Positions 1 through 10,653 of a stretch of DNA of 64,000 bases are shown piece by piece. The DNA is taken from assembly GCA_028704555.1 (NCBI GenBank), contig JAQWFD010000001.1:69401-133400 (forward strand). Direction: 5' to 3'. This DNA comes from Desulfobacterales bacterium (lineage in GTDB: Bacteria; Desulfobacterota; Desulfobacteria; Desulfobacterales; JAQWFD01). The notes beneath the pieces were generated by a model. That model did not search any database. It was not told the origin of the DNA and saw only the letters and a list, made by a program, of their open reading frames with translations. Every line of letters begins with the position of its first letter. Position 1 is the first letter of the stretch. A program made the translations under genes and the position numbers.

Positions 1-117
1 AACTGTCAAACTGCAGCCCCTCTCAAAATTTATTCAACAACCATTAGCTGATTTCGTAATTTTTCTTTCAACCTTGTTTTCAACCTATATGCTATTATTC
101 CCCGCTCCGAGGCAGTC

Positions 118-498
118 ATGGCAAATGGAATCAAGTTGCTGATTATTGATGATAACGAAGAAGTTCTTGATAGTCTCAGCCAATATTTCCATAAAAAAGG
201 GTATTGTGTCATTTCGGCATCAAACGGACTTGACGGAATAAAGCTTCTTGAATCGGAAAAACAAGGGTTTGATCTGATTATTACGGATTTGATCATGCCA
301 AATATCAGTGGCTTCGGTATTATTTCTATCGCCAAAAAAAACGCCCCGAATCTTCCTGTCATCGCCATAACAGGTTGGGGCGAACACCCCGAAGCGCTGG
401 CGGCTGAAGTTCATGCCGATTTAGTCCTGGAAAAGCCATTCGAACTTGCTGAGTTAGATAAATGTATCACAGCTCTTATTTCAAGGCGAAAATCCTGA
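118..498 (+). CDS. stand-alone response-regulator receiver (CheY-like REC) protein
   Basis: 126-aa ORF. KLLIIDDN...GFDLIITDLIMPNISG...PVIAITGWG...EKPF is the canonical REC pattern (acidic pair, phospho-acceptor Asp in IITD, T/S and K-P positions). No output domain follows. Confidence 0.85.
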   Translation: MANGIKLLIIDDNEEVLDSLSQYFHKKGYCVISASNGLDGIKLLESEKQGFDLIITDLIMPNISGFGIISIAKKNAPNLPVIAITGWGEHPEALAAEVHADLVLEKPFELAELDKCITALISRRKS

Positions 499-814
499 CA
501 GTGATATTACCGATCCACAAAGTCGGATAAAAACGCGATATACACCCCCTGCCAAAATTCAATACCAGGGGCCATAAACACCGGTTGGACGCCGTTTTGT
601 GGTGGCCTTTTATATCAGTTAGAAACACACTGCGAAATCGTTAAATTTATTCGATCCTGAGGCGCTTAAAGAGCGTTGCCGGAAACCGCTGCAAATTTCA
701 AAAACGCCCTGGCCATAGTTGCTCAAACAGGATCAGATTCATTTTGAGCTAAAGGCGTTATACTCTGAAACATTTTTCAATAACCCATAACTTATAAAAT
801 CAATCAGCTATGCT

Positions 815-1867
815 ATGGATTCTTACTCACCTCCTTTAATCGGTGTAAGCAAAAGCATCGAACGTGTACGAGATCTGATTCGACATGTTGCCGATACGGG
901 CCTAAATATCGTTATTACCGGAGAAAGTGGTGTCGGCAAGGAAGTGGTCGCACACGCCCTGTATTTTAATTCCTCCAGGCGGGGGAAAGCCTTTATAAAA
1001 ATCAATTGTGCGGCATTGCCGGAAGGATTATTGGAAAGTGAGCTTTTCGGATATGAACAAGGGGCCTTTACCGGAGCCGGACGTAAAAAAAGAGGCAAAT
1101 TTGAACTGGCCAACGACGGGATCTTATTCCTGGACGAAATCGGCGATATGTCCCTTCCGCTTCAGGCCAAACTGCTCCATGTGCTCCAGAACGGAGAGTT
1201 TTCCCCATTGGGCTCCGAAAAAGAAACCCGGACCGATAGCTGGGTCATCGCAGCTACGAATCATCGGCTTGACAAAAGCATCAAGGAGGGCACGTTCAGA
1301 GAAGATCTATATTATCGTCTGAATATCATCAATATACACATTCCCCCTCTTCGACAAAGGCCTGAAGATATTCCATCGCTAATAAAGTTTTATATGGAAA
1401 AGTATACCTCCCAGTTTGATAAAAAGGATATTGTCGTTCCTCCGGCTTACATTTTTGAAAAACTCGAGTCATACCCCTGGCCCGGCAATGTGAGAGAACT
1501 TCAGAATATTCTTAAAAGACTGATGGTCATACAAAACTGGGATGAAATTATCGATGAGCTGTTCTTACATGATACATCATCAAATCCGGAACCCGGTTGT
1601 GCTTCACCCAGAGGATCTTTTGAAAATTTTCTTCTGATGGACGACATGCTGCCATACGCCGAAGGAAATGATATCTCAGCCAACGGCTCATTTTCTCTAA
1701 AAAAAACCAAAAAAAAGGCCATGGATAAAATCGAAAAGAAAATTATCGCCCATGTTCTTTCCCAAACCGGCTGGAATCGCAGCAAGGCCTCCAGGATACT
1801 GAAAATAAGTTACAAAACATTGCTTTATAAAATCAGTGAGTTGAACATCATCCCGCCGCCGGATTGA
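815..1867 (+). CDS. sigma-54-dependent transcriptional activator (AAA+ plus Fis-type HTH, no N-terminal sensor domain)
   Basis: 350-aa ORF. Walker A GESGVGKE, sigma-54 contact loop GAFTGA (ESELFGYEQGAFTGA), Walker B LFLDEIGD, C-terminal HTH NRSKASRILKISYKTLLYKI. The protein begins directly at the AAA+ module. Confidence 0.9.
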   Translation: MDSYSPPLIGVSKSIERVRDLIRHVADTGLNIVITGESGVGKEVVAHALYFNSSRRGKAFIKINCAALPEGLLESELFGYEQGAFTGAGRKKRGKFELANDGILFLDEIGDMSLPLQAKLLHVLQNGEFSPLGSEKETRTDSWVIAATNHRLDKSIKEGTFREDLYYRLNIINIHIPPLRQRPEDIPSLIKFYMEKYTSQFDKKDIVVPPAYIFEKLESYPWPGNVRELQNILKRLMVIQNWDEIIDELFLHDTSSNPEPGCASPRGSFENFLLMDDMLPYAEGNDISANGSFSLKKTKKKAMDKIEKKIIAHVLSQTGWNRSKASRILKISYKTLLYKISELNIIPPPD

Positions 1868-1902
1868 TCAACCAGTTTTTCGACAAGTCAGTCCCCGACT
1901 TA

Positions 1903-3198
1903 TCATCGCCCGATGCCTAAATAGGTGAACCCGAGTTTTTTTAATTCTTCTGGACCATAAATATTTCTTCCATCCACTATAATCGGTTTTCTGAGCAGCA
2001 CTTTAACCGCCCGCATATCAAGGCTTCTGAACTCATCCCATTCAGTACCGACGATCAATGCGTCACATCCTTGAATCGTTTCATATGGATTCTCGAAAAA
2101 AACCACGTCTCTTAGCACTTTGCGGGCATTATCCATGGCAATCGGATCATATGCGTGAATTGTTGCGCCAAGCGCCTGCAGATTGTTTATAATTTCAATG
2201 GAAGGCGCTTCACGGATATCATCGGTTTTAGGCTTAAAAGAAATGCCCCATACGGCAATTTTGCTTTGATCAATTTCCAATACCGATTTGATTTTTTCTA
2301 CCACGACGGTTTTTTGTTTTTCGTTAATCCGATGGACGGCCTCAAACAGATCACTATCGCAATCAAAATGTTTCAGCGTCGAAATCAGCGCTTGCACATC
2401 TTTAGGAAAGCAGCTGCCACCATAGCCAATGCCGGCCTGAAGAAATCGGGGACCGATTCGACTGTCCAGTCCAAGGCCTTTAGCCACCTCTTTAATGTCT
2501 GCACCTGTTTTTTCACATAACAGCGCCAACTGATTCATAAAACTGATTCGGGTTGCGAGCATGGCATTGCTGGCATATTTAATCAACTCAGCACTGGCGA
2601 TGCTGGTAACCATAATCGGCCTGCCTATCCTGACGACGGAGGCATATAATGAAATCATTAACTCCTCAGCACGTTTGCTGTCAGTGCCGATTACAATTCG
2701 ATCCGGATTCTCAAAATCCTTTACAGCCGCTCCTTCTCTCAAAAATTCAGGATTTGACACCACATCAAATGTGGTATCTGATTTAAGATTCTCGAGAATA
2801 ATCTGTCGGACCAGGTCGGCTGTTCCCACCGGCACGGTACTTTTATTGACGATAACTTTATAAGTTTTCATAAACAGACCGATATTACGGGCAGCAGCCT
2901 TTACCGCCGTCAAATCGGCATTGAGAAAATGATCGGTCGGAGTCCCCACACAGATAAAAATAACATCGGATTCCTCAATGGCTTTCATTGGATCCGTTGT
3001 GAACCGGAGCCGTCCCCCTTTCACATTCCGTTGAAATATCTCTTCAAGGCCGGGCTCATATATGGTCAACTCCCCGTCTGCCAGGTGTTGAATTTTTTCC
3101 CTGTCTACATCAAGACAGATTACATCATTTCCGAGATTAGCAAATCCTGTACCGGTAACGATACCCACATATCCTGTACCTATGATGGTAAGTTTCAT
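1903..3198 (-). CDS. ugd: UDP-glucose 6-dehydrogenase
   Basis: 431-aa ORF. Rossmann N-terminus MKLTIIGTGYVGIVTG and catalytic-Cys motif GYGGSCFPKD of the UDP-glucose/GDP-mannose dehydrogenase family. Confidence 0.9.
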   Translation of the reverse strand: MKLTIIGTGYVGIVTGTGFANLGNDVICLDVDREKIQHLADGELTIYEPGLEEIFQRNVKGGRLRFTTDPMKAIEESDVIFICVGTPTDHFLNADLTAVKAAARNIGLFMKTYKVIVNKSTVPVGTADLVRQIILENLKSDTTFDVVSNPEFLREGAAVKDFENPDRIVIGTDSKRAEELMISLYASVVRIGRPIMVTSIASAELIKYASNAMLATRISFMNQLALLCEKTGADIKEVAKGLGLDSRIGPRFLQAGIGYGGSCFPKDVQALISTLKHFDCDSDLFEAVHRINEKQKTVVVEKIKSVLEIDQSKIAVWGISFKPKTDDIREAPSIEIINNLQALGATIHAYDPIAMDNARKVLRDVVFFENPYETIQGCDALIVGTEWDEFRSLDMRAVKVLLRKPIIVDGRNIYGPEELKKLGFTYLGIGR

Positions 3199-3722
3199 TT
3201 AATTCTCCTTGTACTTTCCTGACATGAAATTTATGGGCCTATGGATAAGGGACTCTGGCTTTTCAAAAGTACCATTTATCGTTATCGTCATGGCCGAATG
3301 TTTTTATCGTGAATCGAGCAAAGATCCTGGATTCCCGCTCAACAGCATTGCGGGAATAACAGCACGTTGAGACTCGACAACCGGCATCGCCTTCACATTT
3401 TCATGCGACATTGAATCAAACCAGACAACCCGTCAGGCAAAATAATCAATCATGTTATAAACCTTTGGGCATCGGGTTCAATCGAAACCATTATTGAGCA
3501 GATCCCGGGCCCTCCGGAAAAATCATGGGATGTATTTATCCGCATCGCTTCAATAGCCACCAGCTGCCGGCCAGCAGACATCACTCGCTTTGGGATACAA
3601 CGGCAGCAAGCATGATTACGAATGCATGCCACCCATCAGTACCCGGCCATAAATTCGGCTTTAAAAAGATGGATACACCCTGTTTCCAGACTTTGAAAAG
3701 GCCATTTACGGATACAAGCCAA

Positions 3723-4745
3723 TCAATATCCATAATAGCTTTTATACCAGTCGACAAAACGGCTGATCCCGGTTTCAATAGGTGTTTCGGGCTTAAATCC
3801 GATATCGCGCACAAAATCATCTATCTCAGCATATGTGTCTATAACATCCCCGGGCTGAAGATCGAGAAACTCTTTTCGGGCCTGTTTTCCCAACGCGTTT
3901 TCAATGACTTCAATAAATCGAATCAGCTGAACCGGCCTATTATTACCTATATTGTAAATTCGATATGGCACATAGGATGTTCCTGGATCGGGTTCATTAC
4001 TGTCCCACATTGTATCGGGCTGAGGGATATGATCCATGGTTTTGACGACCCCCCCGATGATATCGTCGATATAGGTAAAATCCCGTTTCATTTTCCCATA
4101 ATTAAATACCTTGATCGGTTTTTCTTCCAATATGGCCCGCGTAAACATGAAAAGAGCCATATCCGGCCGGCCCCATGGGCCGTAAACGGTAAAAAACCTT
4201 AGCCCGGTGCAGGGGAGGCCAAAAAGATGGCTGTACGTATGAGCCATAAGTTCATTGGCTTTTTTGGTCGCAGCATAGAGGGATACCGGATGATCCACAT
4301 TATCATGCACCGAAAACGGCATTCTGGTATTGGCACCATACACAGAGCTTGAAGAGGCAAACACCAGATGCTTTATATGACTGTATCGACAGCATTCAAG
4401 CAGGTTAACAAACCCCGTGATGTTTGAATCGACATAGGCATATGGATTTTCCAACGAATATCTAACCCCTGCCTGAGCAGCCAGATTGACCACCACATCA
4501 AATTGATGCTGCTCAAACAGACGGCGCAAAGCTTCCCGATTGGTCAAATCGATTTGATGAAATGAAAACAACGAAAAAGGTTCAAGAAACGCCAGCCTGT
4601 CTTTTTTAAGAGCCACGTCATAGTAGGCGTTAAGATTATCAATTCCCGTTACCTGAAAGCCCTTTTCCAACAGCTTTTTTGACAGATGGGAACCGATAAA
4701 TCCGGCTGCGCCCGTCACTAAAACGGTTTGATAATTCAATGACAT
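3723..4745 (-). CDS. NAD-dependent sugar-nucleotide epimerase (UDP-glucuronate 4-epimerase-like)
   Basis: 340-aa ORF. Extended SDR with [11 protein letters not shown] and YxxxK (YAATKKANE). Sits next to ugd; the substrate assignment is inference. Confidence 0.75.
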   Translation of the reverse strand: MSLNYQTVLVTGAAGFIGSHLSKKLLEKGFQVTGIDNLNAYYDVALKKDRLAFLEPFSLFSFHQIDLTNREALRRLFEQHQFDVVVNLAAQAGVRYSLENPYAYVDSNITGFVNLLECCRYSHIKHLVFASSSSVYGANTRMPFSVHDNVDHPVSLYAATKKANELMAHTYSHLFGLPCTGLRFFTVYGPWGRPDMALFMFTRAILEEKPIKVFNYGKMKRDFTYIDDIIGGVVKTMDHIPQPDTMWDSNEPDPGTSYVPYRIYNIGNNRPVQLIRFIEVIENALGKQARKEFLDLQPGDVIDTYAEIDDFVRDIGFKPETPIETGISRFVDWYKSYYGY

Positions 4746-4994
4746 ATCATATTACCTCTAAGGGTTCGCACAAAAACAAGTTCACAATTTTAAGTGTCGA
4801 GGCGACATCTATCCTGACACAGAGGGATATCCAGCAGATGCAGCGCTTTCGGAACAAAGCCCATACAAGAGGCATCGGCGCTTATTATGCGGAGTCATTT
4901 TTGCGCGAGACCTGACTATTTGTTTGATACCCTCCGAACGTTGCCTCGGAGCCAGCCTTCGTATAACGCTTCAAACCGGGATTTTCCAGTTCGT

Positions 4995-5951
4995 TCATAT
5001 TTTTCTCTGGGCACTGTTGTACCATTGCCATGTCAAGCGAAGCCCGTCTTCAAATGAATAAGCGGGCACAAATTTAAGTATATTTTTAGATCGGGAAATA
5101 TCTGCAACTGATTCATTAATATCACCGGATCTCCAGGATCGGTAATCGGCACTTATATTAACATGCGATAACCGGGCGATCATCTCCCATAACCGGTTAA
5201 TCCGTACATTTTTTCCGGTGCCAACATTAAATGGTTGCGCAATGATTCCGGTGCAGGATGCCGCCAGGATATTGGCATGAACCACATCCCCAACAAAAAC
5301 GAAATCCCGGGATTGATTTCCGTCCCCATAAATAACCGGGCCTTGATTTAAAACCGCTTTGTTCAAAAATATGGATATCACTCCGGAATAAGGAGAGGTT
5401 GGGTCCTGCCGAGGGCCATACACGTTAAAATAACGGAGGCACACCGTTTCCAGACCGTACAATTGATGGTAAAGACGAGCGTAATATTCTCCGGTAAGCT
5501 TTTGTACTGCATACGGACTCAGCGGGTTGGGGATCATGGATTCATGTTTGGGAAGTTCCGGACTGTCGCCGTAAACAGCGCACGAACTGGCAATAATCAC
5601 CCGTTTAACACCGGCGTTCCGGGCAGCTTCTAAAATATTCAACGTTCCCAGTTCATTCACCATAGCGGATCCAACCGGTTGTTCAACTGTCTGAGGCACG
5701 GAAACGACGGCTGCCTGATGAAAGATCACTTCGCATTTATCAACGGCTCTGAGAACCATTTCACTGTCCCGGATATCCCCATGCAGAAAATTGATATGAG
5801 AATGAACTTTGCACAAATTTGAAAGCTTTCCGGTAGAAAGATTATCCAAAACGCGGACCTCACAGCCTGCTGAAAGAAGCGCATCAACAAGATGAGACCC
5901 GATAAATCCGGCGCCACCGGTAACCAATACTTTTTGAAAATCAGGTTTCAT
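4995..5951 (-). CDS. NAD-dependent epimerase/dehydratase (UDP-glucose 4-epimerase family)
   Basis: The ORF track gives 4995..6029. I trim to the ATG at 5951 (MKPDFQKVLVTGGAGFIGSH) because the Rossmann motif normally lies within ~10 aa of the N-terminus. YxxxK is YAVQKLTGE. Confidence 0.8.
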   Translation of the reverse strand: MKPDFQKVLVTGGAGFIGSHLVDALLSAGCEVRVLDNLSTGKLSNLCKVHSHINFLHGDIRDSEMVLRAVDKCEVIFHQAAVVSVPQTVEQPVGSAMVNELGTLNILEAARNAGVKRVIIASSCAVYGDSPELPKHESMIPNPLSPYAVQKLTGEYYARLYHQLYGLETVCLRYFNVYGPRQDPTSPYSGVISIFLNKAVLNQGPVIYGDGNQSRDFVFVGDVVHANILAASCTGIIAQPFNVGTGKNVRINRLWEMIARLSHVNISADYRSWRSGDINESVADISRSKNILKFVPAYSFEDGLRLTWQWYNSAQRKI

Positions 5952-6568
5952 AAGAATTAACCATCGTAATTGCCAATTGGCATCAAAATTTCTCACAACC
6001 CATAAGCGCAACGGGGTCGAGCACTGCAAAATGATTATTCTTTCGTATAGCTTAACTTAATTTAAAAATCTGACTTACAGCTTCACGTAATTTCATTTCT
6101 CCTCGAAAACAAGCATTAATTGCTATTTCTGGCAGTTGCAACGACTATAAATTCAATTAATTTTCGTTCGAAAAAAAATCAAAGATTATTTTCTATCTTC
6201 AGTCAGTATAAGCCATATGAATTGATAAGATATAAAATGCAGATTATCTATCAGGAGCGGGTATAACTCAAAAACAGGATATCATTGATAACGATATTGC
6301 AAAAATATATTGGAATTTATTTTATTCTCATTATATAAGATTTAAGAAAATCGTTCATTCAATACCCGTATCATCATTCTATCTATTGTGCTGAATCCGC
6401 TATCAATAAACCCCGGCGGAAAAAACAAAATGAGAAACTCAAGGCATAGTGAATCGAGTAAGGCACCCTGCCCTTGCATTGACTTATAGTCAATGATGCG
6501 CAAAGACAAAACATGGGATAGGGAAAACGTAAAATATTACCATATTAATTATATATATTCCGGCAATC

Positions 6569-6766
6569 ATGACAGTGCAAGCACATATTAATTGTTATAA
6601 TTGTAAATTTTATTATGTAACCTGGCAACAGCATTTCCCCCACGGGTGCAAAGCCATGAAGTTCAAAAGCAAACGATTGCCTTCAATTGAGGTCGCCATC
6701 AGTTCCGGCGCAAAATGCCGTTTATTTTCACCCAGAGGCAATCGTAACACAAATTCAAAATCATAA
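6569..6766 (+). CDS. small Cys-rich conserved hypothetical protein
   Basis: 65-aa ORF, HINCYNCKFYYVTWQQHFPHGCKAMKFKSKRLPS...GAKCRLF. From memory, this CxxC...W...FPxGCxAMxFKS pattern is a recurring small bacterial family of unknown function. Isolated in an AT-rich ~1 kb gap. Confidence 0.4.
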   Translation: MTVQAHINCYNCKFYYVTWQQHFPHGCKAMKFKSKRLPSIEVAISSGAKCRLFSPRGNRNTNSKS

Positions 6767-7011
6767 TTTTGTAAAGCAAAAGTAGTGTAAATTCCTCTTA
6801 AGATGAGAAAGCCCCTTTAACTTTCCGACGTTCATCAGAACCTGAAAACGAACTGGCGGATACCCATCGTGAAAAATCTTCTGAGGAAGTGATCTGAATT
6901 AATAAAAAAATTACCGTAAGAACGCACAACTATAAATTTTGGAAACAGCGCCAATAATTTCAAAAAAACCTTGCAACACAAACAGGGAGTTATAGCACGT
7001 GGTTTTTCTCT

Positions 7012-7046
7012 AAAAAAAAATCCTGCCATATCAGGACAGGACTTTT
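7012..7046 (-). terminator. rho-independent terminator downstream of rplQ
   Basis: The minus strand reads ...tcctg-atatgg-cagga followed by a T9 run (plus-strand aaaaaaaaatcctgccatatcagga). Lies ~30 nt after the rplQ stop. Confidence 0.5.
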
Positions 7047-7075
7047 TTATCATCAGGTAAATATCGAGTCAGTAT

Positions 7076-7546
7076 CTACTCATTTTGTTCAGGCCCGGAC
7101 TCAGAAAGAGCAGCCGATGATTCCTGATCTTGAGTTTTATCTTTCTCGACCAATTTTTCTGTCTTTTTTAAAACTTTTTTCACTTTTACGGACTCACCGA
7201 CCAATTCGATCAACGACATACTGGCGGCATCACCAGGTCTCTTACCAATTTTTATGATACGCGTATACCCACCGGAATTTGTTCCAAACCGTTCGCCCGC
7301 TTCATCGAAAAGTTTATACACAACTTGTTTTTCCCTTACAATCGACAACGCCTGACGTATAGCATGAAGATCGCCCCGTTTTGCCAGCGTAATCAGATGA
7401 TCCGCCCAACGTCTCAACTCTTTAGCCTTGGGATCGGTTGTCCGGATTCGATCATATTTAAACAATGATGTAACCATATTTCGGAACATGGCATTTCTGT
7501 GACTGCCAGTTCTATTTAATTTGACTCCAGCTTTACGATGTCTCAT
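7076..7546 (-). CDS. rplQ: 50S ribosomal protein L17
   Basis: 156-aa ORF with L17 N-terminus [17 protein letters not shown]. Last gene of the alpha operon, after rpoA. Confidence 0.95.
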   Translation of the reverse strand: MRHRKAGVKLNRTGSHRNAMFRNMVTSLFKYDRIRTTDPKAKELRRWADHLITLAKRGDLHAIRQALSIVREKQVVYKLFDEAGERFGTNSGGYTRIIKIGKRPGDAASMSLIELVGESVKVKKVLKKTEKLVEKDKTQDQESSAALSESGPEQNE

Positions 7547-7554
7547 AGGATCGC

Positions 7555-8574
7555 TTACTCTCCTTCCTCTATATCCTCAACAGGAGGTATGAAACCTTCA
7601 ATCTTCATTCCAAGAGAAAGTCCCATTTCGGTAAGTACTTCTTTAATCTCATTCAATGATTTTCTTCCGAAATTCTTAGTCTTGAGCATTTCTGATTCAG
7701 TTTTACTTACCAGTTGATAGATTTTGTGTATATCAGCATTCTTAAGACAGTTTGCACTCCGAACCGAAAGTTCCAATTCATCTACACTTCGGTATAAGTT
7801 CTCATTGAACTTTGGTTTTTGTTCGTCATCTAATTTTCTTTCAAGTTCGGGCTCAGATTTTTCATCAAAATTGATGAAAATTGTCAGGTGTTCCTTTAAA
7901 ATTTTTGCCGCATAAGCGACAGCATCCTCAGGCATAATGCTGCCATCAGTCCAAACCTCCAGTGTCAGCTTATCGTAATCGGTCCGCTGTCCCACCCGGG
8001 CATTGCCCACTACGTAATTGACACGTTTAATGGGAGAAAAAACTGCATCGATCGGTATTGTTCCAATGGATGCATTATCATCTTTATTTGCCTCAGCCAG
8101 TGAATATCCTTTACCGAGTTTAACTGTCATGGACATTTTAAGGGTCCCGTTACCCGTCACCGTGGCAATATACTGATCAGGATTCAAGACTTCGACTTTA
8201 CCGTCTTCACTGAAAATATCTGCTGCAAGGACTTTTCTTTCCTCTAAAACATCAATATAAATGGTTTTAGGATCTGGATCTGAAATTTTCAACCTAACGT
8301 CTTTTAAATTCAATATGATTTCTGTAACATCTTCGATAACGCCAGGAATAGAGTTGAATTCATGCATGACAGAATCAAATTTAACTGAGACAATCGCGGC
8401 GCCGTGCAATGATGACAGAATGCTTCGTCTTAAGGAATTTCCAATAGTTATGCCGAATCCTCTTTCAAGAGGTTCACAAACGAACTTGCCGTAGTTCGGG
8501 TTGCTCTCAACTTGAACCTTTTCTGGCTTAATCATTTGTTGCCAGTTAATATACATAAGTTCATTTGATGACAT
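7555..8574 (-). CDS. rpoA: DNA-directed RNA polymerase subunit alpha
   Basis: 339-aa ORF with alpha NTD and a C-terminal alpha-CTD motif ([17 protein letters not shown]). Sits at the rpsD-rpoA-rplQ position. Confidence 0.95.
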   Translation of the reverse strand: MSSNELMYINWQQMIKPEKVQVESNPNYGKFVCEPLERGFGITIGNSLRRSILSSLHGAAIVSVKFDSVMHEFNSIPGVIEDVTEIILNLKDVRLKISDPDPKTIYIDVLEERKVLAADIFSEDGKVEVLNPDQYIATVTGNGTLKMSMTVKLGKGYSLAEANKDDNASIGTIPIDAVFSPIKRVNYVVGNARVGQRTDYDKLTLEVWTDGSIMPEDAVAYAAKILKEHLTIFINFDEKSEPELERKLDDEQKPKFNENLYRSVDELELSVRSANCLKNADIHKIYQLVSKTESEMLKTKNFGRKSLNEIKEVLTEMGLSLGMKIEGFIPPVEDIEEGE

Positions 8575-8667
8575 TATAGAATCTCCAGATATTTACAAAA
8601 AAAACGTAAATATACTTCTGAATAATTATTTTTATGTGGTTTGAACATTCAGAAACGTTTTTCAAAA

Positions 8668-9297
8668 TTATTTAGAATAAAGCTCAACAATTTGCTGTTC
8701 CTGAATTGGCGTGGTGATATCTTCCCGCACAGGATAAGCTTTAACGATACCCTTATAATTTTGTTTTTCCAATTCCAACCACTGCGGCAAACCTCTTCTT
8801 ACCACAGCGTCAAGGGCTTCATTAAACGCCTGAATATTCCGGCTTTTTTCTCTGATTTCAACCACATCGCCTTGCTTAATTAAGTATGAAGGAATGTTAA
8901 CTTTTTTCCCATTGACTGTAATATGATTGTGTCTGGCAAGTTGTCTGCCCTGACTGCGTGAACTAACAAATCCAAGACGATAAAGGACATTGTCCAGGCG
9001 TCGTTCCAAAAGTATCAGCAGATGAGTTCCTGTAATACCTTTCTGTTGCTCAGCCCGTCTAAAAAAAAGTCTGAACTGCTTTTCCGAAAGGCCATACATT
9101 CGCTTCACTTTCTGCTTTTCGCGCAACTGTATTCCATAATCAGAGTCTTTTCCCTTTCGGCGCTGCCCCTGCTCGCCCGGTGCATAACTGCGCCGATCAA
9201 AACCGCACTTATCGGAATAACACCGATCCCCTTTAAGAAAGAGCTTCTCATTTTCACGTCGGCATATACGGCATACCGAACCAATATATCGTGCCAA
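8668..9297 (-). CDS. rpsD: 30S ribosomal protein S4
   Basis: 209-aa [30 protein letters not shown]-terminus plus S4 RNA-binding domain. Confidence 0.95.
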   Translation of the reverse strand: MARYIGSVCRICRRENEKLFLKGDRCYSDKCGFDRRSYAPGEQGQRRKGKDSDYGIQLREKQKVKRMYGLSEKQFRLFFRRAEQQKGITGTHLLILLERRLDNVLYRLGFVSSRSQGRQLARHNHITVNGKKVNIPSYLIKQGDVVEIREKSRNIQAFNEALDAVVRRGLPQWLELEKQNYKGIVKAYPVREDITTPIQEQQIVELYSK

Positions 9298-9363
9298 ATT
9301 TTCCTCCTTTAATCCCCCTTTGAACGCAACTCGATAAGGACCACTAACAGAATATTTTAAATA

Positions 9364-9750
9364 TTAAACTCTGCGTTTTTTGGGTGGCCGGCATCCGTTA
9401 TGCGGTATAGGAGTTACATCCTTAATCATGACCACGTTAAAACCGGCGGCCTGAAGGGATCTTAATGCCGATTCTCTGCCTCCGCCCGGTCCCTTGACAT
9501 ATATTTCGACATTTTTCATCCCATGTTCCATTGCCTTTTTAGCAGCATCCTGAGCTGTCATCTGCGCAGCGAATGGCGTACTTTTCCGGGATCCTTTGAA
9601 CCCCTGAACTCCGGAACTGGACCAGGAAACTACATTTCCTGCCGGATCAGTAATGGTTACAATCGTATTGTTGAATGTAGATTGAATATGAACGACACCA
9701 TTTGATATATTTTTTTTCTCTTTTCGTTTAACTCGCGTTTTTTTTGGCAT
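9364..9750 (-). CDS. rpsK: 30S ribosomal protein S11
   Basis: 128-aa ORF with [18 protein letters not shown] and the C-terminal [14 protein letters not shown]11 signature. Confidence 0.95.
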   Translation of the reverse strand: MPKKTRVKRKEKKNISNGVVHIQSTFNNTIVTITDPAGNVVSWSSSGVQGFKGSRKSTPFAAQMTAQDAAKKAMEHGMKNVEIYVKGPGGGRESALRSLQAAGFNVVMIKDVTPIPHNGCRPPKKRRV

Positions 9751-9775
9751 ATTTAACGTTCCTGTTTTTCCTTAA

Positions 9776-10159
9776 TTATTTCTTTGCAGCTCCGACTTTT
9801 TTCTTTACAGCCGAACGTTTAGGACCTTTGCGAGTTCTGGCATTCGTGCTGGTTCTTTGTCCATGAACAGGCAGAGATTTTCTGTGCCGGAGGCCACGAT
9901 AGCAACCAAGGTCCATTAACCGTTTAATATTCATCGAAACTTCACTGCGAAGCTCACCTTCAACTTTGTATTCATCATCTATTATTTTACGAATATCATT
10001 GATCTCATCCTGCGTTAAATCATCGGTTTTGGTATCAGGATTTATTTTCAGTTGATCAAGTATTCGCTTGGAAGCCGTAGAGCCAATACCATATATATAG
10101 GTAAGCCCAACCTCAATCCGTTTATTTTTAGGTAAATCAACGCCCGCAATTCTTGCCAA
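9776..10159 (-). CDS. rpsM: 30S ribosomal protein S13
   Basis: 127-aa [29 protein letters not shown]. Confidence 0.95.
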   Translation of the reverse strand: MARIAGVDLPKNKRIEVGLTYIYGIGSTASKRILDQLKINPDTKTDDLTQDEINDIRKIIDDEYKVEGELRSEVSMNIKRLMDLGCYRGLRHRKSLPVHGQRTSTNARTRKGPKRSAVKKKVGAAKK

Positions 10160-10173
10160 CGGTATGTCCTCCT

Positions 10174-10287
10174 CTATCCTTGCCTCTGTTTATGTCGTTT
10201 ATTATCACAGATAACTCTAACTACACCTTTTCTTCGGATAATTTTGCATTTGCTGCATATCTTTTTAACAGATGATCTGACTTTCAT
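10174..10287 (-). CDS. rpmJ: 50S ribosomal protein L36 (Zn-binding form)
   Basis: Below the ORF-track size cutoff. Hand translation of the minus strand from ATG 10287 gives [37 protein letters not shown] then TAG (C-x2-C-x12-C-x4-H). Sits between infA and rpsM as expected. Confidence 0.9.
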   Translation of the reverse strand: MKVRSSVKKICSKCKIIRRKGVVRVICDNKRHKQRQG

Positions 10288-10356
10288 TGTAAATGCTCCT
10301 GATGAATCGTGTCTGTTCGGATTAAATAATGATTTGGCAATTTATGTGTCCGGATT

Positions 10357-10575
10357 TTATTTGGATCGATATGTTATCCTGCCACGAGAAAGATCATACG
10401 GGGACAACTCAACCGTCACCTTATCACCGGGGAGTATTTTTATAAAATGCATCCTCATTTTTCCAGATATATGGGCAAGTATTTGATGTTTATTTTCCAG
10501 TTCTACTTTAAACATTGCATTGGGCAATGTTTCAGCTACTACGCCCTGCACTATAATCGGCTCTTCTTTAGCCAT
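10357..10575 (-). CDS. infA: translation initiation factor IF-1
   Basis: 72-aa [44 protein letters not shown]. Confidence 0.95.
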   Translation of the reverse strand: MAKEEPIIVQGVVAETLPNAMFKVELENKHQILAHISGKMRMHFIKILPGDKVTVELSPYDLSRGRITYRSK

Positions 10576-10653
10576 TTATTTAATGTCTCCATTATTTTTT
10601 TCCATTCAACCGTCCGGGAATATTCTGGCGGCGTTATAAATTTGAGTCGAATG

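Noticed and set aside
30-368. 112-aa minus-strand ORF at the window start
   Set aside because: Antisense to the REC-domain gene, which has clear family motifs.
3525-4202. 225-aa plus-strand ORF overlapping the 3723..4745 epimerase
   Set aside because: Antisense to an SDR epimerase with clear motifs, and no features of its own.
6121-6150. CTGGCAGTTGCAACG as a sigma-54 promoter
   Set aside because: The GG and GC elements are only ~7 nt apart instead of ~12, and the orientation does not serve the adjacent minus-strand gene.
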